DNA of 40,726 bases, taken from NCBI GenBank assembly GCA_045604285.1, contig JAZUNS010000157.1, positions 1 to 40,726 on the forward strand, given 5' to 3'. Position numbers and translations under genes: made by a program. The stretch is from Eubacteriales bacterium. GTDB taxonomy: Bacteria > Bacillota > Clostridia > Oscillospirales > CAG-382. Of the stretch, positions 37,224-40,726 are shown in pieces. The number at the start of each line of letters is the position of its first letter. Position 1 is the stretch's first letter. The notes beneath the pieces are model-generated. The model made no database searches. It had not been told where the DNA came from and was given only the letters and a program-made list of their open reading frames with translations.

Positions 37224-38408
37224 ATGATAAACGAAAGAATGGAGCAATTGGGAAAAGTTCGCTCTGTTATAAGAGAGCTGTTTGAATACGGCAAGAAGCG
37301 CAAGGCAGAGATTGGCGAGGACAAGGTGTTTGACTTTAGCTTGGGTAACCCTTCGGTACCTGCGCCCGATTGCGTAAACGAGACCATACGTGCTCTTACC
37401 GAGGAGATGAGCAGCCTGCAGCTTCACGGCTATTCCTCTGCCCAGGGTGATGCGGGCGTACGCAAGGCTATTGCCGAGTATCTTAATGAGCAGCACGGCG
37501 AAAGCTTTACGGCAGACAGCATTTATATGACGGTTGGCGCCGCCGCAAGCCTTACCATTTGTCTTAACGCTTTGGTATGCGAGGGTGACGAGGTTATCTC
37601 CTTTGCGCCCTTCTTCCCCGAATACAGAGTTTTTGCAGAAAGCGCAGGCGCAAGATTTATTGCGCTGCCCCCCACAGAGGATTTCCAGATAGACGGTGAT
37701 GCCGTAAAGGCAGCCATTACCAAAAACACCAAGGCTATAATAGTTAACAGCCCCAACAACCCCTCCGGCGTGGTACTGACCGAAGAAAGCGTTAATACAC
37801 TTTGCAAAGTTTTGAAGGAAAAGAGCGCAGAGTACGGCCATCCCATTTATCTTATAACCGACGAGCCTTACAGAGAGCTTGTTTACGATGGCGTTAAGGT
37901 TCCCTTTGTAACCAAGTATTACGATAATTGCCTTGTATGCTATTCCTTCAGCAAATCCCTTTCTATCCCCGGCGAACGTATCGGATACATTGCCGTATCG
38001 CCTCGCATGGACAGAGAAAGAGACGTTTATGCCGCAGTTTGCGGTGCGGGCAGAGCCTTGGGCTACGTTTGCGCCCCTTGTATGTTCCAGTACGTTGCGG
38101 CACGTTGTCTTGGCAAAACGGCAGACGTTTCCGTTTACAAGCACAACAGAGATCTTTTGTACGGCGCTTTGTGCTCTTACGGTTATACCTGCGTTAAGCC
38201 CGACGGTGCTTTTTACCTGTTTTTGAAAACCCCTGAGGCTGATGCTTCTGCTTTTTGCGAAAAAGCAAAGGCCAAGGAGCTTTTGGTGGTGCCTTCCGAT
38301 TCCTTCGAATGCCCCGGCTACGTTAGGATATCCTACTGCGTATCCACAAAGCAAATAGAAAACGCATTGCCTGCATTTAAGGCGCTGGCTGAGGAATACG
38401 GTTTATAA
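37224..38408 (+). CDS. PLP-dependent class I aminotransferase (aspartate aminotransferase-like)
   Basis: SLGNP, NSPNNPSG, DEPY, SFSKSLSIPGERIGY, PDGAFY. Confidence 0.94.
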   Translation: MINERMEQLGKVRSVIRELFEYGKKRKAEIGEDKVFDFSLGNPSVPAPDCVNETIRALTEEMSSLQLHGYSSAQGDAGVRKAIAEYLNEQHGESFTADSIYMTVGAAASLTICLNALVCEGDEVISFAPFFPEYRVFAESAGARFIALPPTEDFQIDGDAVKAAITKNTKAIIVNSPNNPSGVVLTEESVNTLCKVLKEKSAEYGHPIYLITDEPYRELVYDGVKVPFVTKYYDNCLVCYSFSKSLSIPGERIGYIAVSPRMDRERDVYAAVCGAGRALGYVCAPCMFQYVAARCLGKTADVSVYKHNRDLLYGALCSYGYTCVKPDGAFYLFLKTPEADASAFCEKAKAKELLVVPSDSFECPGYVRISYCVSTKQIENALPAFKALAEEYGL

Positions 38409-38422
38409 TTAAGGAGTAATTT

Positions 38423-40207
38423 ATGAAAGCAAGAAACGAAATGAACCCCCTGTATACGTGGGACCTTTCGCACATATTTAAAGACGACGGTGAATGGGAA
38501 AAGGCTTGCGAAGATGCGCTTGCTGCCATTGAAGCCGTACCCGCCGTTCAAGGTACCCTAGGTGACAGTGCAGAAGCACTTAAAAAGGGCATGGAGCTTA
38601 TGTGCAACGCCGAGGAAAAGGTTATGCTTTGCTACCTTTACCCCATGCTTAAAAAATCCACCGACGCAGGTGACCCCAATTTTCAAGCAATGGAAGCCAA
38701 GGCGATGGGGCTTATCGTTAAGCTTCAATCGGTTGCCGCTTTTTTAAGCCCGGAAATAGTTGCCATACCGGAGGAAAAATTTGAAGAGCTTGTTAAAAGC
38801 CCCCTGCTTAAGGACGAGCTGTTTGCGCTGAGAAAAATAGTTAAAGCCAAGGAGCATACCCTTTCAGCCGATAAGGAGCTTATGCTGGCAAAGCTTACCG
38901 ACGCCGCACAAACACCCGATAACGCTTTTTCGATGCTGAACAACGTTGACCTTTGCTTCCCTACCATTAAGGACGAAAAGGGCGAGGATGCACAGCTTAC
39001 CAACGGTAATTTCGGCGTTTACAGGGAAAGCCGTGACCGCAAGGTAAGAGAGGCTGCTTTTGAAGAATACTTTGGCACCTTTAAGAAGTTTGAAAATACC
39101 ATTGCCGAGCTTTACAGCGGAAACGTTAAGCTGGATTGTTATTTTGCCGATATAAGAGGCTATTCCGGCGCAAGAGAGTCGGCGCTGTTTAACAACGACG
39201 TTGACGAGAGCGTTTATGACAGTCTTATAGAGGCTGTACACGACAGCCTGCCCTATATGAAGAATTATCTGGCGCTTCGTAAAAAGGCATTGGGGCTTGA
39301 TAAAATTGATATGTTTGACCTTTACGTTCCCATGGTTGAGGACGTTGAGTTTGATATGCCCTACGACAAAGGCGTTGCCTTGGTAAAGGAAGCCCTTAAG
39401 CCCCTTGGCGAGGAATACGCAAAGCTTTTGGACAAGGCGTTTAACGATAAGTGGATAGACGTTTACGAAAACAAGGGCAAGCGCAGCGGCGCTTTCTCCT
39501 GCGGGGTACACGGCGTTCACCCTTACGTGCTTCTTAATTACACGGATACTTTAGACGATGCTTTTACCCTTGCCCACGAGCTGGGACACGCAATGCACTC
39601 CTACAAATCCTCTGAAGCTCAAAGCTTTTTGAACCACAATTACAGCATTATGGTGGCAGAGGTTGCCTCTACGGTAAACGAGGTGCTTTTAACGCTGCAC
39701 TTGTTAAAGACGGAAACCGACCCCAAGAGGCGTGCATACGTGCTTAACCATTTTCTTGAAAGCTTCCGCACCACCCTTTACCGCCAGACCCTATTTGCAG
39801 AGTTTGAGCGTGAAACCCACAAGATGTGCGAAAACGGCGAGGCGCTTACGGCACAAAGCCTTTGCGAGCTTTATAAGGGCTTGATCTCTACCTACTACGA
39901 GGGTGCGGAGATCAACGACATTATGGCTAACGAGTGGTCTTACGTTCCCCATTTTTATACCGCATTTTACGTTTATCAATATGCAACCGGCTTTTCCAGC
40001 GCAGTTGCCATAGCAAAGAACATCCTTGAAACCGGCGACGCTACCGGATATTTGAAGTTCCTTACCCTTGGCGGCAGCGATTATCCCATTGAAGAGCTTA
40101 AGGTTGCGGGCGTTGACCTGACAAAGCCGGAAACCGTAAAGAATGCCCTTAGTCTTTTCGGCAAAACCGTTGACGAGCTGGCAGAGCTTTTGGAAACCTT
40201 AAAGTAA
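38423..40207 (+). CDS. pepF: oligoendopeptidase F (M3B)
   Basis: YTWDL, GKRSGAF, HELGHAMHS, AEVAST, PHFY..FYVYQYATG. Confidence 0.96.
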   Translation: MKARNEMNPLYTWDLSHIFKDDGEWEKACEDALAAIEAVPAVQGTLGDSAEALKKGMELMCNAEEKVMLCYLYPMLKKSTDAGDPNFQAMEAKAMGLIVKLQSVAAFLSPEIVAIPEEKFEELVKSPLLKDELFALRKIVKAKEHTLSADKELMLAKLTDAAQTPDNAFSMLNNVDLCFPTIKDEKGEDAQLTNGNFGVYRESRDRKVREAAFEEYFGTFKKFENTIAELYSGNVKLDCYFADIRGYSGARESALFNNDVDESVYDSLIEAVHDSLPYMKNYLALRKKALGLDKIDMFDLYVPMVEDVEFDMPYDKGVALVKEALKPLGEEYAKLLDKAFNDKWIDVYENKGKRSGAFSCGVHGVHPYVLLNYTDTLDDAFTLAHELGHAMHSYKSSEAQSFLNHNYSIMVAEVASTVNEVLLTLHLLKTETDPKRRAYVLNHFLESFRTTLYRQTLFAEFERETHKMCENGEALTAQSLCELYKGLISTYYEGAEINDIMANEWSYVPHFYTAFYVYQYATGFSSAVAIAKNILETGDATGYLKFLTLGGSDYPIEELKVAGVDLTKPETVKNALSLFGKTVDELAELLETLK

Positions 40208-40232
40208 AATCAGAACGCTATTTAAAACAAAT

Positions 40233-40271
40233 AAGCTTGTGATTAGAACAAAATTTTCTAATCACAAGCTT
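40233..40271. terminator. bidirectional terminator hairpin
   Basis: AAGCTTGTGATTAGAA-caaaatt-TTCTAATCACAAGCTT between convergent genes. Confidence 0.8.
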
Positions 40272-40289
40272 TTAAATTTTTAAGAGGAT

Positions 40290-40726
40290 TTATTTGTTAT
40301 ATACGAAAGGGCCGATTATGGAAGCGTCGTACTTAAGAATTAAGGAAGCGTCAAGGCTGGTAACGGAGCCGTCAAAATTAACGTCGCCAGCAAGCAGAGC
40401 GTCCTCGCTGAAATCCATCATGTAAGCGTCATAGCGGAGTATCCAAGCTGCGTCAAGGTTATCCGTAGAGCCGTCAAGGTTTACGTCGCCTATAAGATAA
40501 AATACGCAAGTAGCGGTAAGGTCGGAGGTTACTTTGTCACCGGAGGCTTCGTCAAAGCCGAAGGACTTTAAGCCGTAGCCTGCATCACAGGCATAATCGG
40601 GAAGCTCGATATCGCTTAAAGCGGTGCCGGCGGCAACCTTAATCTCGGTATCGCCAACTATAGAGCCGCCTTCGCCGGCCGTGAAGGTTACGGTGTAATA
40701 CTGAACAACGGACTTGTTAACGTCAC
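40290..40726 (-). CDS. 3' end of a dockerin-containing protein (B-repeat-like domain + type I dockerin), 5' part outside the window
   Basis: Own translation: YTVTFTAGEGGS...YLIGDVNLDGSTDNLDAAWILRYDA...AGDVNFDGSVTSLDASLILKYDA...NK*. Confidence 0.88.
   Translation of the reverse strand, partial: DVNKSVVQYYTVTFTAGEGGSIVGDTEIKVAAGTALSDIELPDYACDAGYGLKSFGFDEASGDKVTSDLTATCVFYLIGDVNLDGSTDNLDAAWILRYDAYMMDFSEDALLAGDVNFDGSVTSLDASLILKYDASIIGPFVYNK

Noticed and set aside
37047-38354. 435-aa minus-strand ORF, and similar long antisense ORFs over rlmN, yicC, pheS, pheT and pepF
   Set aside because: Mirror frames of well-conserved genes; no RBS or recognisable motifs

Overview
Chromosomal window from a low-to-mid GC, probably spore-forming Firmicute (Clostridia, Oscillospiraceae-like; inferred from gene content). 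Left end (1-3243): AT-rich accessory islet (four-helix-bundle gene, a disrupted ORF, serine hydrolase, YgjV-like protein, lipoprotein) ending at a ~227-bp IS1182-like MITE. Middle (minus strand): dgt-dnaG-rpoD-J-domain-membrane protein; yicC-remA-gmk-rpoZ-priA-def-fmt-yugP-rsmB-rlmN-stp-prkC-rsgA-pssA; rpmE-hflX-lipoprotein-acyltransferase-gltS. Right: DUF5685-pheS-pheT-ireB, a truncated second MITE copy, two small ORFs missed by the ORF track (one is SpoVM-like) divergent from a SipL-like spore-coat gene, a sortase-anchored CBM/cohesin-like surface protein behind a ~345-nt highly structured leader, a radical SAM-vanX-DUF6472-aminotransferase-pepF operon, and the 3' end of a dockerin protein. 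Most interesting: the structured leader, the cohesin/dockerin pair, the DUF5685 protein with terpene-synthase-like DDxxD motifs near a Cys-tailed J-domain protein, the terminator-targeting MITE, and strong AAGCTT over-representation. All family calls come from motif recognition by eye; no searches were run.
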